Assembly: GCA_035221665.1 (NCBI GenBank)
Contig: JAVHYY010000119.1
Coordinates: 1-64,000, forward strand
DNA length: 64,000 nucleotides
Direction of reading: 5' to 3'
From: Okamejei kenojei
Lineage: Eukaryota
Below are positions 37,438 to 49,900 of the stretch, one piece after another (the stretch's first letter is position 1; every line of letters starts with the position of its first letter). The translations under genes and the position numbers were made by a program. The notes below the pieces were generated by a model that saw only the letters and a program-made list of their open reading frames with translations, was not told where the DNA came from and made no database searches.

Positions 37438-40400
37438 TGTTGTATTCGAGGGCTAAATAACTCACAAACGACACTTGGTGTACAGAACCCGAAGTGTATT
37501 TATTTCAAGCCATCTTGGCTGCTGCTAAAGCCCTGCAGATCCCCCCGGGACCCTCCCTGAGGAGACATTCATCTCGAGGCAGAGCCCTCTAGTGGTGATG
37601 GCAGGACACAACATCTCCCTCCTTATAAACGAACTAATAAGTTCCCTTATCCACCCAAATATGTCCATACGCAATTAGTCCAACATAACAGCTCGGTGAA
37701 CATAACGTTTATGGCTTCACAGCTGATAATCGTGCAGATACTGAAGTCTCCTCCTCTGTCGCTGAGAGCGTCTAGCGGCAATAGACTGCTCTGCTTTATG
37801 CTCTGCTTTATGCTGACCACAATCACTGTCTTGATTGGACATTTGGAAGGAAAAAGTGTCCTATTCGTCTTCTTCCTGTCCCTGTCTACTTGCAATGAGA
37901 CGCCTCGCGTTCCATCAGGTGTCATCTTGGAGGAGGTACGCGTTCTCGCTGAATCTCCGTTTAATCCGTATCGGATTGGAGACTGCGCTTGCGAGCTTTT
38001 GCTGTCTGTTAGGGCGGCTGATTCATACCCAGTCGCCGACCTTGAACCGCGGCGCTCGTACTCTGCATTTGGCATCACAGTATTCCTTTTGCTTGTCTCT
38101 GTGCTATCATTTCCGCCCTCGCTCTCGTGTCTGGATTTGGGTGCAATGGCGGTTGAAGAGCATTCAGTTTTGTTCGCAGGTTTCACCCTATCATCAGCTC
38201 TGCTGGCGTTTTCCCAGTCAACGTGTGTGGTGTGGATCTGTAGGATCGGAGGAGAATATGGATTGACTGTTTGAACGTTTTCCCCTCCGACATGCTCGCT
38301 TTTATGCTTTCCTTGATCACGCGATTGAATCGTTCAACCCCGCCGTTCGATTGGAGGTTGTATCTCGACATCCGCTGATGTTCAATGTCATAAATCGCAA
38401 GGAAATTTTTCAGATATGAACTGAGGGCCGTTGTCTGTCGTTATGTCCTCTGGCAGTCCCCACTTAGTGAGCAGCGTTTCAAGAATCATGATGATCGAGC
38501 TTGTCGTGACTGAGGAAGTAGCTGCGATCTCAGGCCACTTGCTGTAGAGACAGTGTGCTACAAGTAGAAACCGCTGGCTTCTTGGCGAAGCTTGCACCTC
38601 TCCAAAGATGTCAAATTGCAAGTGCCTCCATGGTTTGTCCGGCCGTGGGATTGGCCGAAGAGAAGCAGGACATGGTCTTGTTGCTTTCTCACTAATTGTG
38701 CATGCTTCACAATTTTTTACGAAATCTTCTACGCGACGATCTATTGCTGGCCACCACACTGCCTCGCGACACCGTTGTATCATCTTAATACCTGGGTGTC
38801 CTTCGTGTGCCAGTTGTAACACGCGGTGTTGCAGTGATTTGGGTATAACCACTCGAGTTCCGCGCATGACGCATGTATCGTCAACCACAGCCAGTTTGAG
38901 GCGTACCCAGTGGTACGGAACCAAGTCGTCTGCTATCTCCTTGGGCCAGTCCATCCTAAGATACTGGCAGATGATTTGCAGAGTGCCATCAGCTGTCCAC
39001 TGTGCTTTCAGCTCTCCCCGCATCACGAGATTCACCATTGTGTGCGAAATTACCGCGAGAACGTATTCGTCGATGTCACTTCAAGCGTCGCTATTGCGTG
39101 TGCTTGCGGGTGCCACCGTTGGGACGCGACTGAGCATGTCTGCGATGCGATTGCGTGAACCTGCGAGGTTTTCTACTTTGAAGTTGTATTGGTGAAGGCG
39201 ATCGGACCATCTGTAGATCCTGAGCGGACGGTGTCCTGAGCCTGACGTATCCAACAACGTAGTTAGTGGTTGGTGATCTGTACAGAGAGTGAATGGTCTC
39301 CTGTATAGGTATACGTGCCAGTGTTCATAGGCGTATATGCACGCTAATGCTTCGCGTTCCCCGGTGGAGTACTTGCATTCAGTGTCAGTCAAGGGACGGG
39401 ACGCGCATGTGATCGGTCGTTCGCTTTCATCGATACTCTGCGAGAACACTGCTCCGATCGCTATACCAGAAGCATCTGTTGTGATGTACGTTTCCGCACT
39501 TGGGTCGAAGTGTGCGAGAACAGGCGGAGATGCTATTTTGTCTTTCAGCGTGTTGAACGCGAAGTCCTGCTCATCCGTCCATTCCCACTGTGTGTCTTTC
39601 CGTAGCAGCTTCTGTAGCGGTTCTGCAATCTACGCGTACTGCAGCACAAACTTGCGGTAGACGTTGGTGATGTCCAGAAATGACGCTAGCTTTCATGTTA
39701 GTTGGGGCGGGGATCGCGTTGATGGCTTGGACATTGTCCTGAGTAGGCTCAACTCCCGACGCTGTCAATCTGTACCCAAGAAAGTCAATCTCGGATGCTG
39801 TAAATGTGCACTTTGCTGCGTTGTGCGTCAAGCTGTGTTGCATGAGACGAGCTAACACTGCATGTAGTCGTCGATCGTGTTCCTCCTTGTCCCTTCCATG
39901 GACCACGACATCATCGAGGAGATTGAGTGCTCCGTCAATGCCTGCCAGAACGGATGCCACGATTTTTTGAAATGCGCTAGGTGCTGAGCACAGTCCATAT
40001 GGCATCCTACGGTACTGAAATACTCCTTCATGTGTAATGAATGCTGACAAATGCCGACTGCGTTCTGCTAGTGGTACCTGAAGGTAGCGTTGGCGCATGT
40101 CCAGTTTTGTGAACACCGTTGAACCGTGGAACGACGCAGCTAGCTCTTGTATTGTTGGCAGAGGGTATTTGTCCGGAATGATGGCTTTGTTGACCGATTT
40201 GAGATCGATGCACAGCCTGAGTTCACCGTTCTTGCGTTGCACGATTACCAGATTCGATATCCAAGGGAATGAATCGATGCGCTCAATGATACCATCCTTT
40301 TCGAGTCGTTTCAGTTCCGTTGAGACTTCCGCGCGAATGGTCATAGGTGTTGTGAAACAGGCCGGACTGATGTGTCTACACGAGGTGCGTGGCAGTACCC

Positions 40401-41613
40401 TTTAACTATCCCAAAACCCGAGAAAAGGGAGGGGTACTCATGCCCATAGTCTGCGTCACTGATCACATTGATATTCATGCCGGTTGAGTCCTGAAGCTTG
40501 AACCCTAGTTGATCAAACAAAAGGACCTTTTGTAGAGTTCGACGCTCAAAATAGAAACCTTTGCCCCCACATCTATGAGAAGCGATACTGAGGTCCCAGC
40601 AATCTCGACCCTGCAATCTTTGAAAGTCCCTGTTGACCAAACATCCTGGTCAGCCCTGTCATTTATGTAGTATACGTTGTGTCCACCGGGAGATTCATTG
40701 TCTACATGGCGGACAGACGCCTCCTCCTTTGATGACCGGCATAATTTCTCAAAGTGATTCAGCTTTGAACACGCGTTGCATCGTTTACCGTATGCTGGAC
40801 ATTCCCCGGGAGCATGTATCCGGCCACAATTCAGACACTGCTTGTTTGAGCAATTGTGATTTGATTGCCTCTGAATGCCCTGCACTGGTGATGTTCATCG
40901 GATGAGATGCATGACTAAATGCTCCCTCAGAGCATGTCATCAGCTGTTGTTTGAGCACCCCGGCGTTATTCATTGCGCTTTCAATTTGCACATCTAACGC
41001 TTGTGCCTTTTCGAGTGTGAGAGCCTCATCCTCCATGAGAAGGTGCTCTCTAATCCGTCTCTCACCAGCTCATCAATCAGTGCTCCAAAATTGCACTTTG
41101 CAGCCAGTTCTATCAATGCAGAAGCAAATTGCTTCACTGGTTCACCTTGTCCCTGTGACCGTTGGCGAAACCAGTATCTCTCTATCAGCACACTTGTCTT
41201 TGGGCCAAAATATTGCAGTACTGTACTCACTCGTTGCAGCACTGTCGAGGTGCGCGAAGATTCGTTGTCCCTCCGTTCCAAGGCAATGCAGCAGAATCGC
41301 TCGGCGGCGAATGTTCGAAATGGCCGCGCCGTCCAGGCCACTTGCGATCAGGGAAGTCTTGAAACTTCCATACCAGCGTATCCATGGTACAGGAGGCTCT
41401 CCTGGAGTTTCCAAGAATGGAGATGGGGCAGTGATGGTTAAACCAGCCAACCTCGTCGCCAAATGTTGTATTCAAGGGCTAAATAACTCACAAACGACAC
41501 TTGGTGTACAGAACCCGAAGTGTATTTATTTCAAGCAGATTCCCCCAGGACCCTCCCTGAGGAAACATTCATTTTGAGACAGAGCCCTCTAGTGGTGACT
41601 TCAGGACACAACA
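37438..41613 (-). mobile_element. Gypsy/Ty3 LTR retrotransposon, Mag-like, decayed (LTRs 37438-37613 and 41464-41613)
   Basis: TGT..ACA short LTRs, PBS TGGCGACGAGG (tRNA-Ser type) and PPT AAGGAGGGAGA. Gag has a double Cys-His motif (CLNCGRIHAPGEC..CNACSKLNHFEKLC). Also protease LIDVGA, RT LLDDVVV, RNase H, and integrase HEGHPG/TDNGPQF. Confidence 0.93.
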
Positions 41614-41664
41614 TCTCCCTCTCTCCCTCCTTCCCTCCATCCCTACCTCCCTCTCTCTTCCTAT

Positions 41665-41769
41665 CTGCATGAAATACTCTTGGAGGAGACAGTCGACCGG
41701 CGGATCTGAAACCTGCAGAGGCTGCACCTCATTCAAAGTGTCACAGCATTTAATTAGAACCTGCTCAAG
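41665..41769 (-). pseudogene. PDE9A: PDE9-like catalytic-domain exon b (copy A), donor mutated GT>AT
   Basis: catcag|[35 protein letters not shown]|atagga, compared with recalled PDE9A [35 protein letters not shown] (35 codons each). Confidence 0.85.
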
Positions 41770-41995
41770 CTGATGATAGGAGAGGAGAGGAGAAAGGGGA
41801 GGAGAGGAGAGGGGAGGAGGAGGAGAGTAGAGGGCAGGAGAGGAGAGTGGAGGGGAGGATGGGGGAGGAGAGGGAAGGAGAGGGGAGTTTAATTTAATAT
41901 AGCTCCTTACACACCTCCCCGTCTCTGTAACCCCCTCCCCTTCCCTCCAGCCCCTACACCCCTCACCCCGTTACTGTAACCCCCTCCCCACTTAC

Positions 41996-42100
41996 GTGTT
42001 CTGGGTTTGTGAAGTTAAAGACCTCTACACACTGCGAGAAATCGGACATGATATCCCTGTGTCTCTCCATGTCCGTAACGAGAATCAGCTCTCTCATCCC
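41996..42100 (-). pseudogene. PDE9A: PDE9-like catalytic-domain exon a (copy A)
   Basis: ctcag|GMRELILVTDMERHRDIMSDFSQCVEVFNFTNPEH|gtaagt, compared with recalled PDE9A [35 protein letters not shown]. Confidence 0.8.
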
Positions 42101-43849
42101 CTGAGTTAGAAGCATATGTTTAGTTCAGATATACAGCGCAGAAACAGGCCCTTCGGCCCACCGAGTCCGTGTCGACCAGCGATCGCCCATTCACACACTA
42201 GTTCTTGAAACATGGAAACATAGGCAATAGGTGCAGGAGTAGGCCATTCTGCCCTTCCAGCCAGCACGGCCATTCACTGTGATCATGGCTGACCATCCAG
42301 AATCAGTAACCCCGTTCCTGCTTTCTCGCCATTTCCTTTGATTCCGTTAGCCATAAGAACTAAGGACTCGAAGGGTCGAATAGCCTACTACTGCACCTAT
42401 TGTCTATTGTCTAAATCTAACTCTCTCTTGAAAAATCCAGTGAATCAGCCTCCACTGCCTTCTGTGGCAGAGATTTTCACAGATTTACAACTCACTGGGT
42501 GGGAAATATTTTTCCTCGTCTCAGTCCTAAATGGCCGACCCCTACGTAAAATCCAAGGAGCAGAATTAGGCCGTTCGGCCCATCAAGTCTACTCCACCAT
42601 TCATTCACGGCTGATCTATCTCTCCCTCCTAACCCCATTCTCCTGCCTTCTCCCCATAACCCCTGACACCTGCACAAATCAACAATCTATCCATCTCTGA
42701 CTTAAATATATCCAATGACTTGTGGCCTCCACCGCCGTCTGTGGCAAAGAATCCCACAGATTTACCACCCTCTGGCTAAATAAATTCCGTTCATCTCCTT
42801 CCCAAATTCTTTAATTCCCTTTAATTCTGAAGCTGTGACCTCTGGTCCTACTCTCCAACTCCCTCCCCTCCTTTTCTCCCTTCTCTCTCCTACCCCCTCT
42901 CCTCTCCCCTAAGCCTCTTTCCCTCCCCTCCCCTCCCACCCCTTCAATCCCTCCCCTCACCTGCTCCCTCTCTTCTCCCTCCTCCCCATTACCCCTGNNN
43001 NNNNNNNNNNNNNNNNNNNNNNNNNNNNNNNNNNNNNNNNNNNNNNNNNNNNNNNNNNNNNNNNNNNNNNNNNNNNNNNNNNNNNNNNNNNNNNNNNNNN
43101 NNNNNNNNNNNNNNNNNNNNNNNNNNNNNNNNNNNNNNNNNNNNNNNNNNNNNNNNAGAGGAGAGAAGAGGACAGGAGGAGGAGAGGAGAGGGGGAGGAG
43201 AGGGGAAAAGAGGGGAGGAGGAGAAGAGAGGGGGGAGGAGGAGAGGAGAAGGAAGATGAGAGTGGGAGGAGATGGGAGGGGAGGAGATAAGAGGGGAGGG
43301 GATGAGGGGGAGGGGATAAGAGGGGAGGGGATGAGAGGGGAGGAGGAGGGGATGAGGAAGGGGAGGAGGGAGGGGAGGAGGGAGGCGGGGGTGAGGGAGG
43401 AGAGAGAAGAGAGAGCAAAGAGAGAGAGGGTGTGAGAGGGGAGAGAGAAAGGGGGAGAGAGAGCGCTCATTATGGAAATGTTTTGCAGGAGTGTGCTGTA
43501 CGTAAGGGAGCAATAACAATTTGAGAGAGGAACTTCAAGGATAAAACACAAAGTGCTGGAATAACTCAGTCTCAGGCATGCACAAGTAATGACACATTCT
43601 TCTTTGATCCCAAACCCAATTTTTCCAAATTATGTCAAGTTTATTGTTGTATGCATGTACGATGTACATACAAAAAAAGGTTACTTTGCAGAAGCATCAC
43701 AGGCTTAGGGACGGATTCACATGAAACATTAATTATACGGTAATTCTGTAAACCTGTTACGAGAGGACTGTGTAAATCTACAAGACATCAGTCAAATCAT
43801 GTTATGAAAAGTGCATGGTAGTGCAAGAGGAATCACGGTTGCATTAGGA

Positions 43850-44800
43850 TTGCACAAATGGTTTAAAGAATATAGTTGCAGGAAAGTAGCAGATCCTGAA
43901 CCTGGTGGTGTGGAACTTCAGGCTTCAGTATCTCCTACCTGATTTAGCAGCGAGACGAGAGAACGGCCCGGATGAATAGGAACCTTGATGACTGATGCGG
44001 CCTTCTTGTGGTGGGTTCTCATGTAGATGCGATTGATGGTGGGAAGGAGCGTGCCTGTGGTGAACTGGGCCAGGCCCACCACACCATGCAGCCTCTTGCA
44101 TTCCTGCGCATTGGATTGCCTTAGCAGGCCAATATGAAACTAGTCAGGATACTTTCCACAGTACATCTGCACAAGTTTGTTAAGAGTTCAGCTAGAGGTT
44201 ATTGTTGCAGCACCACTCAACCAGAGTTCCCCTCTCTGTAGTATCCTGTTGAAAAGGAAGGTACAGAGAACCAGGTATTGGAACTTAGGGGTAATTTGGA
44301 GGGGATGATAGTGTTGAATGCCGAGCCGCAGTTGATGAATAGCTGCCTGACATGTATTCTAGATCGTCTAGAGCAGAGTGCAGAGCCAGTGAGATAGTAT
44401 TTACGGATGACCAGCTGCGACAGTTAGCAAACTGAAGTGGATCCAAGTCATTTGTGAAGCAAGAGTTGATTTGCACCCTAACCAACCTCTGTAGACACTT
44501 TTTCACGTGAATCTAAGTGCCACCATATGGTAGTCTGTGAGGCAGATCATAGTGGTCTTCTTAAACATGGGAACGATAGATTCACTGTTGGAGCAGGTTT
44601 GAACCTTGACCACAGATGTAAGAGGTTGAGGATATTCTTGAATCCTCAATGTAGTTACTCGACACAGGATTTTAGTACTCAGCCATGAACACTATCTGGA
44701 CTGGGTGCTTGATGTGAACTCATCTTCTTGAAGGAAGATCTGACATTGACTTCAGCGACCGAGATCACAAGGTCATCATAGCTGTGAGTGTTCAGGAAGG
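43850..44800 (-). mobile_element. Old Rex1-like LINE RT fragment
   Basis: Degenerate RT motifs MKKCLQRLV..DLDPLQFA..ISLALHSALDDLE and APSPDSVHG. Confidence 0.6.
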
Positions 44801-45008
44801 AGCCAATAGAAGTTATGTTATCAAGGAACAGGAATGTGCAATAGCCTAGACATATTGTCAAAGTATACCTGTGGAGTGAAATAGAAGGATCTAACCAAGG
44901 ACTTGGTCTCAGAAAGCACATATCTATTTAGTTTTCATATGGGGAAATCTCATGTCAGCATGCACCAATAGAAATAGGAACATAAGGAACATAACATATT
45001 GTACAAAC

Positions 45009-45132
45009 CAATGGCAAGTATGGCTTCGTAATTCCGCTTCATGTTCTAATAACGGAGCTTCTCCCAGTCAGTTATTTCTTCAAACTCTTCCTTTGAAAAA
45101 TAGTCAGCAATGTCTTTGAAATGGTCAGCATC
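45009..45132 (-). pseudogene. PRDM9: PRDM9-type (ancestral) KRAB-domain exon with an in-frame TAG
   Basis: tttttccag|GAT GCT GAC CAT TTC ... ATT G|gtttgt, 124 nt, phase 0-1. Translation [41 protein letters not shown] aligns without gaps to my recollection of human PRDM9 [42 protein letters not shown]. Confidence 0.85.
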
Positions 45133-46376
45133 CTGGAAAAACAAACATTGTACCTGATACACTTTGGTGCATAATCTGTAATCATTAGTTATTAATTCCA
45201 AAACTGATTTTAAAATGTCATTTATTTATTTCATATAGGACAATTCCAGGATATTGAATCACAAATTAAAATTAACAGGTAACCTCTTCACGATAGAAAT
45301 GAGGTATTTCTTCACTCAGAATATAGTGACTTTTTTTTTCTAGTGTTTTGAAAGAAATCAGTTGTTAATTGCTTTCCAGCACGATCAAAATATTATTGAT
45401 TCAAAGATGTAATAAACCATATCAAAGATGTAATAAACCATGAGTGGAAACTGCACTTAGGGTGCAGGTCAGGAGTGATCTGCCCTGAAAGGTCCAGACC
45501 CAAAATGTTGCCTGTCATGATTCAAGATTGCAGCTTCCAGCTAAGACATCAGTGTCTACATTTCTGGCAATGAAGACAGTGACTAACATGGGCTTCCCCC
45601 ACACTGAAGTGAGGACCAGCACCCAGTGGCTGCTGCAAAAAAAAACTATTGTAAAAAATAAATTGTCGGTGGTAATCAGCAAGCCAGGCAGCATCTGTGG
45701 AGGTATGAATCTGAGTGAATGTTTCATGTTAATATTGTTTCCTCACAGCTGGGGAAGTTGCCAGATGGAGACAGACAATTAGAAGGATGAGGGAGATGGT
45801 CTGAATGGCCTCCCAGATCAATATTAATGTCAGTGATCCACTCCAGAGCCCAGGGAACTCATCCAATCCTCACTGACACCAATTCCTGGGGCTATGATGG
45901 TCTGAGAAGGAGCAGCAGCATCTTCCCCGTTCCCAGGCCCCTGAGAGGACATTTATCCGGCATCTTCTGCCCGGTCTCCCTGGAGGCTCACCTCTGGGCC
46001 CTGCGTCCCAGACATGGTCTCATCTCCTTCAGCAGCTTCTCGGTCTCCCTTCCTGAGCTCATACACCCACTTCTCCTCACCTCACCTCCGCTCACTTCTC
46101 CTCACCTACACCTCGACTAAACCCCTTGCCTCAATTAAACCCCTCGCCTCAACCAAACCTCACACCTCACTATTAAAGGTAGACAAAAATGCTGGAGAAA
46201 CTCAGCGGGTGAGGCAGCATCAATGGAGCGAAGGAATAGTCTTCAGTCTGAAGAAGGGACTTGACCTGAAACGTCACCTATTCCTTCGCTCCATAGATGC
46301 TGCCTCACCCGCTGAGTTTACCCAGCATTTTTATCTACCTTCAATTTTTCCAGCTTCTGCAGTTCTTTCTTAAACC

Positions 46377-46655
46377 TCACTACTAAACCTCGCCTCGAAT
46401 AAACTTCACCTCACACCTAACCCTCAACTCACTAAACTTCACCTCAACTAAACCTCACCTCAACTAAACCTCACCTCAACTAATCCTCACCTCAACTAAT
46501 CCTCACCTCATCTAAACCTCACCTCAACTAATCCTCACCTCAACTAATCCTCACCTCAACTAATCCTCACCTCATCTAAACCTCCCAGCTCACGACTAAA
46601 CTTCACCTGAACTAAACCTAAACGTCACCTCAATAAACTCCACCTCGCGACTAAA
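46377..46655. repeat. 16-bp minisatellite (AA(A/T)CCTCACCTCAACT)n
   Basis: Directly visible tandem units next to the CpG island. Confidence 0.9.
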
Positions 46656-46664
46656 CTATTTATA

Positions 46665-46975
46665 GCCCCCCCCCCCCCCCCGGCCGTTGGCGGCGCCTCA
46701 CGTGAGCGGAGCGGCTCCACCCAGAGCGCGGGTCACGTGGACAACTCCAGCCCTCGGCGGTAAAAGCCGCCGCGAGTTTCCCGCCATCCTCACCGGGGGG
46801 GAGGGGGGCAACGTGGAGAGCGGCGCAGGCGCAGGTGGTAGGGGGGGAGGGGCTGCGGCAGCCGCGGGCGGGGGGTCAGGCCTCGGGCTCGATGTCAATG
46901 TCAACGGGCGTGCGACCCCACCGGCTCTCTCCGGCAGTGCGCATGCGTCGCTCTCCGCGTACCCCCCCCACCTGC
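46665..46975 (-). promoter_or_regulatory. CpG-island promoter / probable first exon of the PRDM9-like remnant
   Basis: Very GC- and CpG-rich unique island. It carries E-boxes at 46698 and 46733, TTTCCCGCC at 46777, TGCGCATGCG at 46938, and minus-strand donors CCG|GTGAGG (46793) and AC|GTGAGG (46701). Confidence 0.65.
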
Positions 46976-49900
46976 CAAACTACATTTTTTTCCTCTAACA
47001 CAGTGCCCATAATACTTTAAATGTGGCCTCACTGACATCTTTACCTTGCACTAAACGTTATTCCCCTTATCTGTATCACTGTGAACGGCTCGATTGTAAT
47101 CATGTACAGTCTTTCTACTGACTGGTTAGCACGCAACAAAAAAGCTTTTCACTGTACCTCGGTACACGTGACAATAAATTTATCTAAACTAAACTACCCG
47201 AGGCGCTGCTGCACTCCATGGGCTGCACTACGTCGGGGACGGGCGAGGCAGGGCCGGATGCGGCTCTCCGATCCGACAGTCCCCTCGACCCGAGTAGTAG
47301 CAGTCAAATACGGGGCAAGGGCGGTCCCGTACAGGACAAACCAATTTATAGGCCAATGTACGGGATGTCCCGGCTAATACGGGACAGTTGGCAAGCCAAG
47401 TGGAAACAGGCCCTTCAGACCACCTTGCCCACATCGGCCAATATACCCCATCTACACTAGTCCCACAGTAGTCCCACTGAAGATAGACACAAAAAGCTGG
47501 AGTAACTCAGCGGGACAGGCAGCATCTCTGGAGAGAAGGAATGGGTGGCGATTCGAGTCGAGACCCTACTTCATACTTGCATATCTTTCATTCATTGTTC
47601 TTTATCTCTCCACATCACTGTCTATATCTCTCGTTTCCCTTATGCATAACCACACCCAAGAAGGGTCTCGACCCGAAGCGTCACCCATTCCTTCTCTCCA
47701 GAGATTCTGCCTGTCCCTCTGTGTTACTCCAGCACTTTGTACCTGTCCACGTTCTCCAGAGATGCTGCCTGTCCCACTGATTTACTCCAGCTTTTTGTGT
47801 GTATCCCAGTAGCAGTCTGTTTCTTAAACGTTGGGATAGTCACTGCCTCAACTACCTCCTCCCACAGCTCGTTCCATACACCCACCACCCTCTGTGTGGA
47901 AAAAGTTACCCCTCAGATTCCTATCTTTTCCCCTTCACCTTGAACCTGGTCCTTGATTCCCCTACTCTGGGCAAGAGACGCTGTGCGTCTACCCGATCTA
48001 TTATTCTCATGATTTTATAAGGTCTCCCATCATCCTCCTGCGCTCCAAGGGATAGAGACCCATCCTGCGTCAACCTCTCCCTGTAGCTCAGGCCCCTCGA
48101 GTCAAATATGGGACAAGGGCGGTCCCGTTCGGGACAAACCAATTTAAAGGCCAATGTACGGGATGTCCCGGCAACCCTAATCACGGCTCACTAAAAGCTC
48201 GTCAACAAAACATTTATAACTTTCTTCAGACAACAGAGAATCTCGGAGGAAACCTGGCTCAAAGGCTCAGTGAACACACTTCCTCCCACTGTCAGATGCG
48301 AAACAGACACAACATGCTGGAGTAACTCATAGAGCCATAATCTTAGAGTCATAGAGTGATACAGCTTGGAAATAAACCATTCAGCCCAACTTGCCCACAC
48401 CGGCCAACATGTCCCATCTACACTAGTCCCACCTGCCCGCGTTTAGCCCATATCCCTCCAAACCTATCCTATCCATGTACCTGTCCAACTGTTTCTTAAA
48501 CGTTGGGATAGTCCCAGCCTCAACTACCTCCTCCGGCTGCTCGTTCCATACACCCACACTCTCATCCCATACACCCAGTGTGGAAAAGTTACCCCTCAGT
48601 TTGCTATTAAATCTTTTCCCCTTCACCTTGAACCCATGTCCTCTGGTCCTCGATTCCCCTACTCTGGGCAAGACACTCTGTGCGTCTACCCGATCTATTC
48701 CTCTCATGATTTTGTACGCTATAAGATCACCCCTCATCCTCCTGCACTCCAAGGAATAGAGTCCCAGCCCTGCTCAAGGAAATGGAAACAAGTAACTGCA
48801 GATGCTGGTTTACCAAAAAAGAGACATAAAGTGCTGGAGTAACTCAGTGGGTCAGGCAACATCTCTGGAGAACGTGGACAGGTACAAAGTGCTGGAGTAA
48901 TTCAGTGGGTCAGGCAGCATCTCTGTGGAGAACGTGGACAGGTACAAAGTGCTGGAGTAACTAAGCGGGTCAGGCAGCATCTCTGGAGAACGTGGACATT
49001 CTCATCAGGTCTCCTGTCAGCCTCCGATGCTCCAGAGAAAATAATCCATTTGTTCAACAACGGTTAGATGCCTCGGCAAGGCCAGCAGCATAATCAAGGA
49101 CCAGTCTCACCCCCGGTCACTCCGTCTCCTCCCCTCTCCCATCCGGCAAGAGGTACAGAAGTGTGAAAACGAAAGCACACCACCAGATTCAGGGACAGTT
49201 TCTCCCCGGCTGCCCAACGTGTCATGGGCCGTCACAGTGGTGCAGCAGGTAGAGCTGCTGCCTAACAGCGCCAGATACCCGAGTTCCATACCGACCACGG
49301 GTGCTATCTGTATGGAGTTTGCACGTTCTCCGCGTGACCTATGTGGTTTTTCTCCAGGCGATCCGGGTTCCTACCACACTCCAAAGACGTGCGGGTTTGT
49401 AGATTAATTGGATTTGGTAANNNNNNNNNNNNNNNNNNNNNNNNNNNNNNNNNNNNNNNNNNNNNNNNNNNNNNNNNNNNNNNNNNNNNNNNNNNNNNNN
49501 NNNNNNNNNNNNNNNNNNNNNNNNNNNNNNNNNNNNNNNNNNNNNNNNNNNNGGGATCGCTGGTAGGGGCGGACTTGGCGGGCCGAAGGGCCTGTTTCTT
49601 CGCTGTATCTCTAAACGAAACACAGAATTAGTGTGTGAGCGGGCGAACGCTGGTCGGCACGGACTTGGTGGGCCGAAGGGCCTGTTTCTGCGCTGTATCT
49701 CTAAACTGAACACGGAACTAGTGTGTGAACGGGCAATCGTTGCTTGGCGTGGACTCCATGGGCCGAAGGGCCTGTTACCGCTCTGTATCTCTAAACTGAA
49801 CCAAGCTCTGCGGGCGTGCTAGATTGTAATCATGTACAGTCTTTCCGATGGCTGGTTAGCACGCAGCTAAAAATAGTTTTCACTGTAACTCAGTGCATGT

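Larger units (their letters stand above)
28540..42997 (+). repeat. Segmental duplication copy A
   Basis: Colinear with 46985-63730 across TE fragments and unique sequence, starting ..TAACACAGTGCCCA.. in both. Confidence 0.9.

Noticed and set aside
41665-41720. 'VSDPPV' read as another Ig exon, or as the next PRDM9 exon
   Set aside because: The full frame matches the PDE9 catalytic domain (IKCCD..EYFMQ) over 35 codons.
46698-46787. MAGNSRRLLPPRAG.. as a coding first exon
   Set aside because: Its donor is phase 2, which is incompatible with the phase-0 KRAB exon, and I recognise no homology.
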